Shown: one piece after another, positions 41,755 to 52,519 of the stretch
How the letters are laid out: each line of letters begins with the position of its first letter
Numbering within the stretch: position 1 is the stretch's first letter
Assembly (NCBI GenBank): GCA_019356535.1
Contig: CP037918.1
Span: 1,332,315 to 1,396,314, forward strand
DNA: 64,000 nucleotides
Direction of reading: 5' to 3'
Source of the DNA: Chromatiaceae bacterium
GTDB lineage: Bacteria > Pseudomonadota > Gammaproteobacteria > Chromatiales > Chromatiaceae
Translations under genes and position numbers: made by a program
Notes under the pieces: generated by a model
Databases searched by the model: none
What the model was told of the DNA's origin: nothing
What the model saw: the letters and a program-made list of their open reading frames with translations, nothing else

Positions 41755-42180
41755 TTGCAGTACATGGGAAGAAAAATGGAAATCACTTCGAGACTATTCT
41801 CTATCTTTATGTTGTTTATCGCTTTTGCTCTTCCTGCCTTGGCGGGAGACGGGGAGAAGGAACCGGTCAAGATCAGCTATGTCGAGATGAAGCCCTCGAT
41901 TGTCAGCAACCTCACCGGCGGCCCCAAGTATATCCGCTGCGACATCCAGCTGATGACCAAGTACGCCAGCAAGGTGGAGCAGATCAAGACACACATGCCG
42001 GCATTGCGGCATACGGTGTTGATGACCATCGCCGGGGCCGACGGCAAGCAACTCACCACCCGTGAGGGCAAGGAGGCGCTGCGCAAGCAGCTGCTCGAGG
42101 CGATCCGCGACAAGCTCGAGGAACTCACCGACGAACCCATGGTGAAAGACCTGTACTTCACGGCCTACTACGTGAAGTGA
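41755..42180 (+). CDS. FliL-family protein
   Basis: Signal/TM segment, then Y.EM.P.IV.NL, LRH...KEALRK, V.DLYFT.Y. Confidence 0.75.
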   Translation: MQYMGRKMEITSRLFSIFMLFIAFALPALAGDGEKEPVKISYVEMKPSIVSNLTGGPKYIRCDIQLMTKYASKVEQIKTHMPALRHTVLMTIAGADGKQLTTREGKEALRKQLLEAIRDKLEELTDEPMVKDLYFTAYYVK

Positions 42181-42958
42181 CATCCAGCCGGTCGCGCAGC
42201 CCATCGCCCAGCGTGTTGGCCGCCAGCACCACCAGCGACAGCGCGATCCCCGGTACCAGCACCAGGTGCGGCGCCACCAGCAGGTAGCGCACGCCCTCGC
42301 GGATCATGCTGCCCCAGGAGGCCTGGGGCGGTTGCACGCCCAGCCCGAGGAATGACAGGCCGGCCTCGGCGACCACCGCCGAGGCCAGGCCGAAGCTGGC
42401 CTCGACCAGCAGTGGCGCAAGCAACAGCGGCAGCAGGTGATACGCCATGATGGCCGGCGGCGCGCGGCCCAGCGCAACGGCCGCCAGCACATGCTCGCGA
42501 TGGCGCAGCGACAGCACCTGATTGCGGCTCAGGCGCGCATAGCCCACCCAGCCCATGGCCGAGAGCGCGATCACTACATTGTCGATGCCCGGCCCCAGAA
42601 AGGCCGCCAGGGCAATGGCCAGCAACAGCCCGGGAAAGGCCAGGAACACCTCGATCAGCCGCGAGATCACCCGGTCGGTCCAGCCGCCGAGGTATCCTGC
42701 CAGCATCCCGATGATGGTGCCCAGCACCGCGGAAAAGGCGACGCTGAGCACCGCGACCAGAAGCGATATTCCGCCCCCCGCGGCCAGGCGCTCGGCCACC
42801 GAACGTCCCAGCTCGTCGCCACCGAGCAGGTATCCCTTTGACAAGGGCGTGGCGAACAGCCGCTCCAGGCCGATGGCATCGGGCGTCAGCGGCAGTATCC
42901 AGCCGCCCAGCGCGAGCAATGCCCAGCCGCCCAGGATCAGCGCAGGCAAACGATTCAT
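42158..42958 (-). CDS. Peptide/nickel ABC transporter permease (DppC-like)
   Basis: LGGDELGRS, EAA-like loop, GLSFLGLG.QPP..SWG. Confidence 0.92.
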   Translation of the reverse strand: MNRLPALILGGWALLALGGWILPLTPDAIGLERLFATPLSKGYLLGGDELGRSVAERLAAGGGISLLVAVLSVAFSAVLGTIIGMLAGYLGGWTDRVISRLIEVFLAFPGLLLAIALAAFLGPGIDNVVIALSAMGWVGYARLSRNQVLSLRHREHVLAAVALGRAPPAIMAYHLLPLLLAPLLVEASFGLASAVVAEAGLSFLGLGVQPPQASWGSMIREGVRYLLVAPHLVLVPGIALSLVVLAANTLGDGLRDRLDVTSRSRP

Positions 42959-43869
42959 GTGCCCTGCCCTGCACGTGGATCGACGGCACGTACCAGCCCG
43001 TCGGTCAGCGCATTGAGCAACACATAGCTCACCGCGATCACCAGCACCACGCCCTGGATCAGCGGGTAGTCACGCTGGTGGATGGCCTCGATCAGCAGCG
43101 AGCCGATACCTGGCCAGGCGAACACCACCTCGGTCACCACCGCCCCACCGAGCAGCCCCCCCAGTTGCAGGCCCAGCAGGGTGACCACCGGCAGCAGGGC
43201 GTTTGGCAAGGCGTGACGCCAAAGGGCCTGCCGGGCGCTCAGCCCCTTGGCGCGCGCGGTACGCATCCACTCCTGTTCCAATACCTCGAGCAGGCTGGCG
43301 CGCAGCATGCGCATCGCCAGCGCGGCCATTGAGGTCCCCAGGGTGAGCGCCGGCAGCACCAAGCTGGCCGGCCCGTCTTCCCGTCCGCTCACCGGCAACC
43401 ACCCTAGGCCGACGGAGAACCCCAGCACCAGCAGCGGCCCGAGCCAGAAATTCGGGATCGCCTGACCCAGCAGCGCAAACAGACCGGCCAGGCGGTCGGG
43501 CCAGCGCCCCCGGTGCAGTGCTGCTAGCAGACCCAGCGGCAGGGCGATCACCATCACCACGGCAAAGGCGGCCAGCGCCAGTGCCAGGGTCGCCGGCAGG
43601 CGTTCGGCGATCAGCGTCGATACCGGCCGCTCGCGCAGCAACGACTGTCCCAGGTCAGCGTGCAACAGGCCGCCCAGGTAGTCCGCCCAGCGCACCGCCA
43701 GCGGCTGGTCCAGGCCCATGGCTGCACGCAGGGCCTCGCGGTCGGCGGCGCTGGACTGCTCGCCCAGCATCACGTCCACCGGGTCGCCCGGCACCACGGC
43801 GGCTAGCAGGAACACCAGGCTCACCACGCCCAGCAGCACCAGCAGGGTATCGAGCAGGCGACTCAGCAT
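42955..43869 (-). CDS. Peptide/nickel ABC transporter permease (DppB-like)
   Basis: PGDPV, DLGQS, RTARAKGL, RDYPLIQG. Confidence 0.93.
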   Translation of the reverse strand: MLSRLLDTLLVLLGVVSLVFLLAAVVPGDPVDVMLGEQSSAADREALRAAMGLDQPLAVRWADYLGGLLHADLGQSLLRERPVSTLIAERLPATLALALAAFAVVMVIALPLGLLAALHRGRWPDRLAGLFALLGQAIPNFWLGPLLVLGFSVGLGWLPVSGREDGPASLVLPALTLGTSMAALAMRMLRASLLEVLEQEWMRTARAKGLSARQALWRHALPNALLPVVTLLGLQLGGLLGGAVVTEVVFAWPGIGSLLIEAIHQRDYPLIQGVVLVIAVSYVLLNALTDGLVRAVDPRAGQGT

Positions 43870-44372
43870 GATCCCCCGGCTCCACCAACGTGGATCAGCA
43901 CCTCGGTGCCGCGTTCCACACGATCGAACAGCTCGATGATGTCGGTGTTACGCATGCGCACACAGCCATGCGAACAGGGCTCGCCCATGGGCTGATCGTC
44001 CGGGGTACCGTGGATGTAGATGAAGCGCCGCAGGCTGTCGCATTCTCCCCCACGGTTGTAGCCGGGCTCGCAGCCGGTCAGCCACAGGATGCGGGTCAGG
44101 ATCCAGTCGCGCTTCGGATGCGCCCGTGCCAACTCGGGGGTCCAGACCTCGCCGGTGGGACGGCGCGCCACGAACACCGTCCCCGGCGGGCAGCCCGCGC
44201 CGATCTTCAGGCGGATGCGATGGCGACCCAACGGCGTGCACCCCGCCCCCTGGCGCTGCCCCGCACCATTGCGTGCGGTGGAGACCGTATAGCGCAACAG
44301 CTCCCGCTCGCCCTCGAGCAGGCGCAGGGTCTGGGTGGACAGGTCGATGTCGATACGGCGCGAGGTCATCAC
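43863..44372 (-). CDS. L,D-transpeptidase (YkuD family)
   Basis: IYIHGT...SHGCVRM. Confidence 0.92.
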   Translation of the reverse strand: MMTSRRIDIDLSTQTLRLLEGERELLRYTVSTARNGAGQRQGAGCTPLGRHRIRLKIGAGCPPGTVFVARRPTGEVWTPELARAHPKRDWILTRILWLTGCEPGYNRGGECDSLRRFIYIHGTPDDQPMGEPCSHGCVRMRNTDIIELFDRVERGTEVLIHVGGAGGSC

Positions 44373-44417
44373 CCCATTATCGCCCGTTTCCGGTGCTGCA
44401 TTTCCTTCCCTGCCCTT

Positions 44418-45887
44418 TCACTTTTTCTCCAGCGCTTCGAGAAAACCATAACTGCCGTCGCGCCGGGGCGCGACAGCGCCCACCCCGCGGCTCAGCAGCA
44501 GATTGTTCTCGTGCCACAGCGGCACATACACCAGGTCACGGTGCACCCGTTCCTGGATCGCCCGGTAAAGGGGCACGGCCTGTTCACGCGGCAGGCGCTC
44601 GGCACGCTCGATCAACGCATCGACGTCGGGGTTGCGATAACGTCCCCGGTTGGCGCCCCCGGGGGGCAGCGAGGCGCTGTGAAAGATGTGACGGTAGATG
44701 TCCGGGCTGCGGATACCCACCCAGCTCAGGCTGTACATCTGGAAGCGCCCGGCCTTGATGTCGCCGAAAAAGGTGCCCCATTCGTGGCTGCGGATCGTCA
44801 GTGCGATGCCCACCTTTGCCAGCTGCGCCTGGATCACCGCGGCGATGCGCAGGCGGAAGGGATCGGTCGAGGTCTTGTAGGTGATGCGCAAGGGCCGCTG
44901 TGGCCCGTAACCCAGTTCGGCCAGCAGGGCGCGGGCGCGATCCGGATCGTGCGGCCAGGGCGCCAACCCCGGATGCGCCGCCCAGTGCCCCGGCACCAGC
45001 AGGGTGGTCGCCAGCCGCGTATGACCGCGGAACAGGTGGCGCACGATGGCCTCGCGGTCGATCGCCAGCGCGATGGCCTGGCGCACCAGCCGATCGCCGG
45101 TGACCGAGTCTTCGAGATTGAACCCCAGATAGCTGAACGTGGTGCCCGGTGTCTCATGCAGGGTAATGGCCGGGTCACGCGCCAGGCGCTCGACCATCTC
45201 GAAGGGCAGATCGTTCTGCACCAGCTGCGCCTCGCCGTGCAACAGCTTGAGCGCCCGCATGGTCGGATCGGGCACCACCGCGAAGCGGAGCTTCAGCCCG
45301 TCGGCCCGGCGCGCCAGCAGCACCCCGCCATCGGCCTGCCAGCCGAGAAAGCGGAACGCCCCCGAACCGAGCGGATCGCGCGCCAGCGCCCCGCCCTCCT
45401 CCAGCCGAGAGGCCGGCGCCACGCCCAGGTGCAGACGCTCGGGCAGGCGCGGGTCGGGACGCGAGAGATTCAATCGCAGGGCATCGCCCTCATGGCGGAT
45501 CTGCACGATGTGTTTCAGGGTGCCAGCATGCGGCGAGGCCGGGTGATCGCGCGCAGTGCGCAGGGTCGCAGCTACATCGTCCAGTGTCACCGGCGAACCA
45601 TCGGCAAAGGGTACGGGTGAGCCGTTGAGTGCAAGCCGGTAGTGCCGGTCGTCGATGCGTTGCCAGCGCACCACGCCCGGCACCGGGCGATCAGCCGCGT
45701 CGAAGTCCACCAGCGGCCGGTACAACAGGGCGTTGATGCGTTCGGAGACCGCATCGGTGGCCAGCAGCGGATGCAGCGCGCTGGGCGAACTGGCCACCGC
45801 GAACACCAGCGCGTCGGACGTGCCCTCACGGCAGCCGCCAAGCGACAACAGCACCAGGATGGCAAGCAGGCGGATCAATCGCGCCAT
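44418..45887 (-). CDS. ABC transporter substrate-binding lipoprotein (family 5)
   Basis: Lipobox LGGC; LGSGAF, VRQAIALAIDR, FGDIKAGRF. Confidence 0.92.
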   Translation of the reverse strand: MARLIRLLAILVLLSLGGCREGTSDALVFAVASSPSALHPLLATDAVSERINALLYRPLVDFDAADRPVPGVVRWQRIDDRHYRLALNGSPVPFADGSPVTLDDVAATLRTARDHPASPHAGTLKHIVQIRHEGDALRLNLSRPDPRLPERLHLGVAPASRLEEGGALARDPLGSGAFRFLGWQADGGVLLARRADGLKLRFAVVPDPTMRALKLLHGEAQLVQNDLPFEMVERLARDPAITLHETPGTTFSYLGFNLEDSVTGDRLVRQAIALAIDREAIVRHLFRGHTRLATTLLVPGHWAAHPGLAPWPHDPDRARALLAELGYGPQRPLRITYKTSTDPFRLRIAAVIQAQLAKVGIALTIRSHEWGTFFGDIKAGRFQMYSLSWVGIRSPDIYRHIFHSASLPPGGANRGRYRNPDVDALIERAERLPREQAVPLYRAIQERVHRDLVYVPLWHENNLLLSRGVGAVAPRRDGSYGFLEALEKK

Positions 45888-46348
45888 CGGCTGAAAGGAT
45901 GGCTGGCAAGCTCACTGTTGTAGTAGCGCCGGTCACTCGAGACCTCCTCACCCAGCCAGGGAGGGCGCTCGAAGGGCTCGTCGGCATATGTCAGTTCGAT
46001 CTCGGCGACCACCAGCGGCGCATTCTCGCCCTGGAATTCGTCGATTTCCCAGAGATGGTCACCGACATGCAGGTAATGGCGGATCTTCTCGAGCACCGGC
46101 CCCTCGACCACGTGCGCGAACAGCGCCTCGGCATCACTCAGCGGGATGGCATACTCGAACTCGTAACGGTGGATGCCATCGGCGCTGGCCTTGATATTCA
46201 GATGTGCCTGCTCACCGAAGATGCGCACCCGCATGGCACGGCGCTCATCGTGGCAGAGATAGCCCTGGCGCATGGGCACGCTGCGCTCGACCTGTGCGCG
46301 CCAGCGTTCGTCGGTCACCAGAAACTTGCGTTCGATTTCGAGGGGCAT
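45875..46348 (-). CDS. CYTH-domain protein
   Basis: EIERKFLV, EFEY, WEIDEF.G.N, AEIEL. Confidence 0.92.
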   Translation of the reverse strand: MPLEIERKFLVTDERWRAQVERSVPMRQGYLCHDERRAMRVRIFGEQAHLNIKASADGIHRYEFEYAIPLSDAEALFAHVVEGPVLEKIRHYLHVGDHLWEIDEFQGENAPLVVAEIELTYADEPFERPPWLGEEVSSDRRYYNSELASHPFSRWRD

Positions 46349-46420
46349 GGAAGGAGCCTCGGGCCAGTATGGCCCGTATTATCGCGGCATTCGTGAGGCG
46401 GGAGAAGCGCGGACACCGTT

Positions 46421-46555
46421 GTCATTCCCCGGGAAGCAGCGCAGAACATGTTATTCCTGCGAAGGCGGAGTACCTACAACACCGCCAATGCGGCGCCAAC
46501 AAATATGGAACACGTCATTCCCGCGGAAGCGGGAATCCAGGACTGTCATCCCCGC
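46421..46555. repeat. Cluster of REP-like palindromes
   Basis: GTCATTCCCGCGGAAGCGGGAATCCAG at 46514 plus degenerate copies at 46421, 46450, 46545. Confidence 0.75.
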
Positions 46556-47877
46556 TCGAACAAGGCGATGGATTCGACATGCCCGGTGTGCGGGAACATG
46601 TCCATCACACCCGCGCCGAGCAGCCGGTAGCCGTGGTCGCGTACCAGTTCGCCGGCGTCACGGGCGAGCGTGCCAGGGTAGCACGAGATGTAGAGGATGC
46701 GTTGTACGCCCAGTCGGGGCAGCAGTGACAGGATCGGCTGGGCGCCACTGCGCGGGGGATCGAGCAAGGCGATGTCGTATTGCCGCTCCTGCCAGGCCGC
46801 TGGTTCGAGCTCCTCGTACAGGTTGGCGGTGTAGAAGGCTACATTGTCCAGACCGTTGCGTCGGGCATTCTCGCGCGCGCGTGCGACCAGGCCGGCATCG
46901 CCTTCCACACCGACCACTTCGCGGGCATGGCGCGCCAGCGGCAGGGTGAAGTTGCCAACGCCGCAGAACAGGTCGAGCGCCGTCTCGTGAGGCTGCGGGG
47001 CGAGCAGTTGCATGGCGCGATCGACCATCTGCCGGTTGATGGCGGTGTTCACCTGGGTGAAGTCGCCCGGCAGGAAGCCCAGCTCCAGCCCCTGCGATGG
47101 CAGGGCATAGCGCAGATCCACTCCGGGCGGATCGAGCGGGGCCACTGTCTGCGGGCCGCCAGGCTGCACATAGGGCACAATATCGTGCTCGCGGCCGAAG
47201 GCGCGCAGGCGCTCGATGTCGGTCTCGCTGAAGGATTCGAGATGGCGGAAGATCAACACGCAACGTGCGTCGTCCATGGCCATCTCGATCTGTGGCACGC
47301 GGTCGCGGATGCTGAACCCCTCGATCAGTTCGGACAGCTGCGGCAGGATGCGCCCGACCCGCGGATGCAGCACGTGGCATTCGTCGAGTTCGGCCACCTT
47401 GCTGCTGCCGCGCTCGCGGAAACCGACCAGCACCCTGTCCTTCTTCGGCACCCACTTCACACCCAGGCGCGCCTTGCGGCGATAACCCCAAGGCTCGGCA
47501 GTGAGCGGCGCCCAGACCTCGCCCGGCTCGACCTGACCGAGCTTGCGCAGGTTGTCGAGCAACACCCCCTGCTTGGCGGCAATCTGCGCGGCGGGATCCA
47601 GGTGTTGCAGGCTGCAACCACCACAGATGGCATAGTGCGGACAGCGCGGTGCGACGCGATCGGGCGCGGCCTCGAGGACCTCGGTTACCACGCCCTCGTC
47701 GTGTCGCTTGCCGGTCTTCAGGTAGCGAAAGCGCACCTGCTCGCCCGGCAACCCGCCCTGGATGAAGGTCGCCTTGTCGTTCACACGGGCCACGCCACGG
47801 CCGTCGTGCGCCATGTCATCGATATGCGCCTCGAACTCCCCCTGCGGCAGGCGCGAGCGTCTGCGACGGCGGCTCAT
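46546..47877 (-). CDS. rlmD: 23S rRNA m5U1939 methyltransferase
   Basis: TRAM domain, CPHY..CGGC, FTQVN, DLFCGVGNF, LDPPRSG, YISC, DMFPHT.HVES. Confidence 0.96.
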   Translation of the reverse strand: MSRRRRRSRLPQGEFEAHIDDMAHDGRGVARVNDKATFIQGGLPGEQVRFRYLKTGKRHDEGVVTEVLEAAPDRVAPRCPHYAICGGCSLQHLDPAAQIAAKQGVLLDNLRKLGQVEPGEVWAPLTAEPWGYRRKARLGVKWVPKKDRVLVGFRERGSSKVAELDECHVLHPRVGRILPQLSELIEGFSIRDRVPQIEMAMDDARCVLIFRHLESFSETDIERLRAFGREHDIVPYVQPGGPQTVAPLDPPGVDLRYALPSQGLELGFLPGDFTQVNTAINRQMVDRAMQLLAPQPHETALDLFCGVGNFTLPLARHAREVVGVEGDAGLVARARENARRNGLDNVAFYTANLYEELEPAAWQERQYDIALLDPPRSGAQPILSLLPRLGVQRILYISCYPGTLARDAGELVRDHGYRLLGAGVMDMFPHTGHVESIALFERG

Positions 47878-48602
47878 GCCGGCAGCGATCCGAGCAAAGC
47901 CTCGCGGCGCGGGTGCTCCTGCAAGGCCGCTCGCAGCTGTGCATGGGTGCGGCTCACCTCCTCGAGCGCGCAATCACCCCGCAGGTGCAGGATCTCCAGC
48001 GCCAGCAGGGCAGTGTTGACCGCCTGCACCTCGGCATAATCGCCGAGTGCCGCGCGCTCGCCCGCCAGCCATTGTTCCCACAGTGACTCGGCCTCGAGCC
48101 CCTGCATGCCGGGCAGCCCCAGGCGTCGGGCCACGTCGTGCAGACCAGGGAAGGCCGTCGCGTGCGACAGCATGCGCTGCCGCAGATCTTGGTGTGGCGC
48201 CTCTCCCCGTTCGGTAGCCGCGTAGTAATCGGCGGCGCTGCGGCGATGGCGCAGGCAACGGAACAACAGGAGCGGTACGAAATCGTCCTCGCCACCCCAG
48301 CTGTACAGCGGCGGCGTGCCCTGCATGGCCTGGAACACAGCATCGATCAGCTGGATCTCGGGGAGTTCGGCCTGCGAGAAGGTCTCCAGGCGCACCCCTT
48401 CGGCTTCCACGCGCAGCAGCGAGACGGCGCCCAGGCACAACTGACCCCAGCCCAGGTGCTCGTCGCCATGCGCCTGCTTGTGGCGGTGGAACATAACCTT
48501 GGCGATGTCGGCCGCGTCCAGATCGTGCAGGCCCAGCGCATCGCGCGCGCTGTCGGTATCAGGGATGGCGGCGAAACCGATGGCGGTGAATTGCATGCTC
48601 AC
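47874..48602 (-). CDS. PolB-like 3'-5' exonuclease-family protein with degenerate catalytic motifs
   Basis: Resembles the exonuclease often found between cysM and rlmD (IPD, SW.G, H.DL, G.PG..G, Y...N T) but the DEDD acids are replaced. Confidence 0.65.
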   Translation of the reverse strand: MSMQFTAIGFAAIPDTDSARDALGLHDLDAADIAKVMFHRHKQAHGDEHLGWGQLCLGAVSLLRVEAEGVRLETFSQAELPEIQLIDAVFQAMQGTPPLYSWGGEDDFVPLLLFRCLRHRRSAADYYAATERGEAPHQDLRQRMLSHATAFPGLHDVARRLGLPGMQGLEAESLWEQWLAGERAALGDYAEVQAVNTALLALEILHLRGDCALEEVSRTHAQLRAALQEHPRREALLGSLPA

Positions 48603-49492
48603 TCCTGCGAGAAGACGCCGGTGGACAGGTAGCGGTCGCCGCGATCACAGATGATGGTAACGATCACCGCGTTCTCTACCTCGCGTGCCAGTTGCAGGGC
48701 CGCGGCCACGGCCCCGCCTGAAGAGACACCGCAGAAGATGCCCTCCTCGCGCGCCAGGCGCCGGGTGGTCTCCTCAGCGGTGGCCTGGTCGATGTCGATC
48801 TCGCGATCGACCAGCGAGGCGTCGAAGATCTCGGGCAGATATTCCGGCGGCCAGCGACGGATGCCGGGAATCTGCGCGGACTCGGCCGGCTGCACGCCGA
48901 CGATCTGTACTCCGGGGTGCTGTTCCTTGAGATAACGCGCGGTGCCGGTGATGGTACCGGTGGTCCCCATGGCGCTCACGAAATGGGTGATGCTGCCGCC
49001 GGTATCGCGCCAGATCTCGGGACCGGTACCCTCGTAGTGCGCCAGCGGGTTGTCGGGGTTGGCAAACTGGTTGAGCACCTTGCCCCGCCCTTCGGCCTCC
49101 ATCGCCAGCGCCAGATCGCGTGCGCCCTCCATACCCTGCTCGCGGGTGACCAGGATCAGCTCGGCGCCGTAGGCCTGCATGGCGTCGCGCCGCTCCTGGC
49201 TGAGGTTGTCGGGCATGATGAGGATCATGCGATAACCCTTGATCGCCGCGGCCATGGCCAGCGCGATGCCGGTGTTGCCGCTGGTAGCCTCGATGAGGGT
49301 GTCGCCGGGACGGATCTCGCCGCGCGCCTCGGCGCGCTCGATCATCGACAGCGCAGGCCGGTCCTTTACCGAGCCGGCGGGGTTGTCGCCCTCCAGCTTG
49401 ACCAGCAGGGTGTTGCTGGTCTCGCCCGGCAGACGTTGCAGGCGGACCAGCGGGGTGTTGCCGATGCAGTCGGCGATGGTCGGATAGTTCAT
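48599..49492 (-). CDS. cysM: Cysteine synthase B
   Basis: IGNTPLV, NPAGSVKDR, EATSGNTG, GIRRWP. Confidence 0.96.
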   Translation of the reverse strand: MNYPTIADCIGNTPLVRLQRLPGETSNTLLVKLEGDNPAGSVKDRPALSMIERAEARGEIRPGDTLIEATSGNTGIALAMAAAIKGYRMILIMPDNLSQERRDAMQAYGAELILVTREQGMEGARDLALAMEAEGRGKVLNQFANPDNPLAHYEGTGPEIWRDTGGSITHFVSAMGTTGTITGTARYLKEQHPGVQIVGVQPAESAQIPGIRRWPPEYLPEIFDASLVDREIDIDQATAEETTRRLAREEGIFCGVSSGGAVAAALQLAREVENAVIVTIICDRGDRYLSTGVFSQE

Positions 49493-49502
49493 GGACGCCA
49501 TT

Positions 49503-50240
49503 CTAACTCGCCCCTGCCCCGCCGATCAGGCGTTTCATCTCGCGCACCGCCTCGGCCAGACCATGAAAGATAGCGCGCGCCACGATGGCGTGACCGATGT
49601 TGAACTCCACCAGCTCGGGGATGGCGGCGACTGCCTGTACATTGTGGTAGTCCAGGCCGTGCCCGGCGTTCACCTGCAAGCCCAGGCTCTGGCCGTGGCG
49701 CGCAGCTTGCGCGATACGCGCCAGCTCGGCCTGCTTGCGCTCGGGATGGCGTTCCTCGGCATAGTGGCCGGTATGGATCTCGATCACCGGCACGCCGATC
49801 TCGGCGGCAGCCTCGAGCTGGCGTTCGTCGGCGTCGAGAAACAGCGAGACCTTGATGCCCGCCTCGGCCAGCTGTGCGCAATAGTCACGCAGGGTGTCGA
49901 TCTGAGCGGCGGCATCCAGTCCGCCTTCGGTGGTCAGTTCCTCACGGCGCTCGGGGACCAGGCAGCAATACGAGGGCCGCACCTCACAGGCGATGCGCAG
50001 CATCTCCTCGGTGGCTGCCATCTCCAGGTTCATGTGGGTCTGCAATACCTCGGCGAGCAGGTGTACGTCGCGGTCCTGGATGTGCCGCCGATCCTCGCGC
50101 AGGTGCAAGGTGATCGAATCGGCCCCGGCCTGCTCGGCAATGAGCGCAGCCTGGACCGGCTCAGGGTAACGGGTGCCACGGGCCTGGCGGATAGTAGCCA
50201 CGTGGTCGATGTTGACGCCAAGCAGGCGTTTCCGGTTCAT
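49503..50240 (-). CDS. pdxJ: Pyridoxine 5'-phosphate synthase
   Basis: [39 protein letters not shown]. Confidence 0.97.
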   Translation of the reverse strand: MNRKRLLGVNIDHVATIRQARGTRYPEPVQAALIAEQAGADSITLHLREDRRHIQDRDVHLLAEVLQTHMNLEMAATEEMLRIACEVRPSYCCLVPERREELTTEGGLDAAAQIDTLRDYCAQLAEAGIKVSLFLDADERQLEAAAEIGVPVIEIHTGHYAEERHPERKQAELARIAQAARHGQSLGLQVNAGHGLDYHNVQAVAAIPELVEFNIGHAIVARAIFHGLAEAVREMKRLIGGAGAS

Positions 50241-50950
50241 GATGTCTTCCTGGTCGATGCTATGAACAGTTCGCGGGCGCGCAGCCGGCGCCCCCCCAGA
50301 TGGCGGTCGATGACCCGGCGCAACAGTTGCCGGGCCTCGCGGCGCTGCCGGTCGCTGGTGAATTCGCCACGCGCGAGTGCCAGCAGGGTCTCGCCGTGAC
50401 AGCTGTCGTCGACGCCCTCGTGTACCGGCACCGGCCCGGCGTCGAAGCGGTAATGATAGCGCCTGAGCGGATCGATGGCCTGCCCTTCGCAGTCCTGCGT
50501 CAGTTGCAGGCCCATGCCCAGTTCGTCGAGCAGGCGCAGCTCGAAACGCCGCAAGACCGGTTCCAGCCGCCGGTTGTCGTCTCCAGCGCCGGCGAGCTGA
50601 TCGATGCAGTGGACATAGGCGGGAAACAGCTCGCTGTGCGGATCGGCGCGCTGACACAGGGCGAGCACCAGCTCGTTGACATACAGACCGCAATACAGGG
50701 CACGGCCGACCAGGGTACGCGGACGGTCCGCGGCCTCGCACGCGGTCAGTGCCGGCAGTTCGCCACGCCCTCGCCAGTCGAGCAGCAGGGGCACGAAGGG
50801 CTGCAACAGGGCACGCCGTCCGCCCTTGCCGCCCAGCGCTCCACGCGCCAGCACGCCCATGCGCCCCTGGTCGCGGGTGATCAACTCGACGATCAGGCTG
50901 GACTCGCGAAAACGGCGGCTGTGCAACACGTAAGCGGGTTGCAGGTCCAC
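50237..50950 (-). CDS. recO: DNA repair protein RecO
   Basis: [23 protein letters not shown]. Confidence 0.95.
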   Translation of the reverse strand: MDLQPAYVLHSRRFRESSLIVELITRDQGRMGVLARGALGGKGGRRALLQPFVPLLLDWRGRGELPALTACEAADRPRTLVGRALYCGLYVNELVLALCQRADPHSELFPAYVHCIDQLAGAGDDNRRLEPVLRRFELRLLDELGMGLQLTQDCEGQAIDPLRRYHYRFDAGPVPVHEGVDDSCHGETLLALARGEFTSDRQRREARQLLRRVIDRHLGGRRLRARELFIASTRKTS

Positions 50951-50961
50951 AGGGAAAGTCC

Positions 50962-51858
50962 CTAGTCCGAATAACCCAGTTGCTGCAGACTGGTCTCGTC
51001 GCTCGACCAGCTCTTCTTCACCTTGATCCAGACATCCAGGTGTACCCGGGTGTCGAAGAACTCCGCCATGTTGCGCCGTGCCGCGGTGGCCGTTTCCTTC
51101 ATCGCCTGCCCGCCCTTGCCCAGCAGGATGCCGCGCTGGCTCTCGCGCTCCACCCAGACCACCGCACCAATGACATAGCGACCGGGTTCTTCCTCGAAAC
51201 GCTCGATCTCCACGGTGACCGCGTAGGGCAGTTCCTCATGGTAGCGGCGGATGATCTGCTCACGCAGGATCTCGGCAGCGAAGAAGCGCTCCGGCCGGTC
51301 GGTGATCTGATCTTCTGGATAGATGAGATCCCCCTCGGGCAGGTAGGACAACACCAGGCGGTCGAGGGCCTCGACCTGGGTACCGTCACGTGCCGAGACC
51401 GGCACCACCTCGAGGAAATCGTGCCGCGCGCCCAGTTCGGCCAGGAAGGGCAACAGCTTCTCGCGTGGCTTGACGGTATCGATCTTGTTGACCACTGCCA
51501 GACAGGGACGTCCGGCCTGGCGAACCGCCTTGAGCACCAGCTCATCTTCCTTGTGCCAGGCCAGTGCCTGCACCACGAACAGCACCAGGTCCACGTCGGT
51601 GAGCGCAGAATGCGCCGAGCGGTTGAGATAGCGGTTCATCGCCTGGCGGCCGCGATCGTGAATGCCCGGGGTATCCACGTAGACGATCTGTCCCTCATCA
51701 CGAGTCTTGATACCGAGGATGCGGTGCCGGGTAGTCTGCGGCTTGTGCGAGGTGATGGCCATCTTCTGGCCGAGCAGCCGATTGAGCAGTGTGGACTTGC
51801 CGACATTCGGACGCCCGACCAGGGCCGCGTAACCGGCGCGCAGCGGAGTTTCAGTCAT
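50962..51858 (-). CDS. era: GTPase Era
   Basis: [23 protein letters not shown] domain. Confidence 0.97.
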   Translation of the reverse strand: MTETPLRAGYAALVGRPNVGKSTLLNRLLGQKMAITSHKPQTTRHRILGIKTRDEGQIVYVDTPGIHDRGRQAMNRYLNRSAHSALTDVDLVLFVVQALAWHKEDELVLKAVRQAGRPCLAVVNKIDTVKPREKLLPFLAELGARHDFLEVVPVSARDGTQVEALDRLVLSYLPEGDLIYPEDQITDRPERFFAAEILREQIIRRYHEELPYAVTVEIERFEEEPGRYVIGAVVWVERESQRGILLGKGGQAMKETATAARRNMAEFFDTRVHLDVWIKVKKSWSSDETSLQQLGYSD

Positions 51859-52519
51859 TCTCCAACGCCTCCAGGAAAGCGGCTGCCGCGGCCTGCTCGG
51901 CCTTGCGGCGGCTGCTGCCCTGCCCCTGGCTACGGGTGTCCAGCCCCTCGACCTGGCAGCTTACGGTGAATTGCTGGCGATGCTGGTCGCCATCGATGCG
52001 TTCGACCTCGTAACGTGGCAGCGGCAAGCGGCGGGCCTGAAGATGCTCCTGCAGGCGAGTCTTGGCATCCTTCTGCTGCAATTGCTGGCCGGCCGTCGCC
52101 AGGCGTTCCTCCAGCAGGCGACGCACCAGAGCACGGGCCGCCTCGATGCCGCCATCGAGATAGACCGCGGCAATAATCGCCTCCACCGCATCGGCGAGGA
52201 TGGAGTCGCGATTCTGGCCACCGCTACGCAACTCGCCCGGCCCCAGACGCAGGATGTCACCAATTTGCAGCTCGCGCGCCACCTCGGCCAGCGTCTCTCG
52301 CTTGACCAGGTGGGCGCGCATGCGGCTGAGCTGCCCCTCGTCGGCAGACTCCTCGTGCCGAAACAGCCAATCGGCCACCTCGAAACCGAGGATGGCATCA
52401 CCGAGGAATTCCAGGCGCTCGTTGTGGTCGGGACCGGCGCTGCGATGCGTGAGCGCATGCAGCAGGCGACGCGGGTCGCTGAAACGGTAACCGAGGCGAC
52501 GTTGCAAGCGATCGATCAT
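51851..52519 (-). CDS. rnc: Ribonuclease III
   Basis: NERLEFLGDA, dsRBD. Confidence 0.97.
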   Translation of the reverse strand: MIDRLQRRLGYRFSDPRRLLHALTHRSAGPDHNERLEFLGDAILGFEVADWLFRHEESADEGQLSRMRAHLVKRETLAEVARELQIGDILRLGPGELRSGGQNRDSILADAVEAIIAAVYLDGGIEAARALVRRLLEERLATAGQQLQQKDAKTRLQEHLQARRLPLPRYEVERIDGDQHRQQFTVSCQVEGLDTRSQGQGSSRRKAEQAAAAAFLEALEND

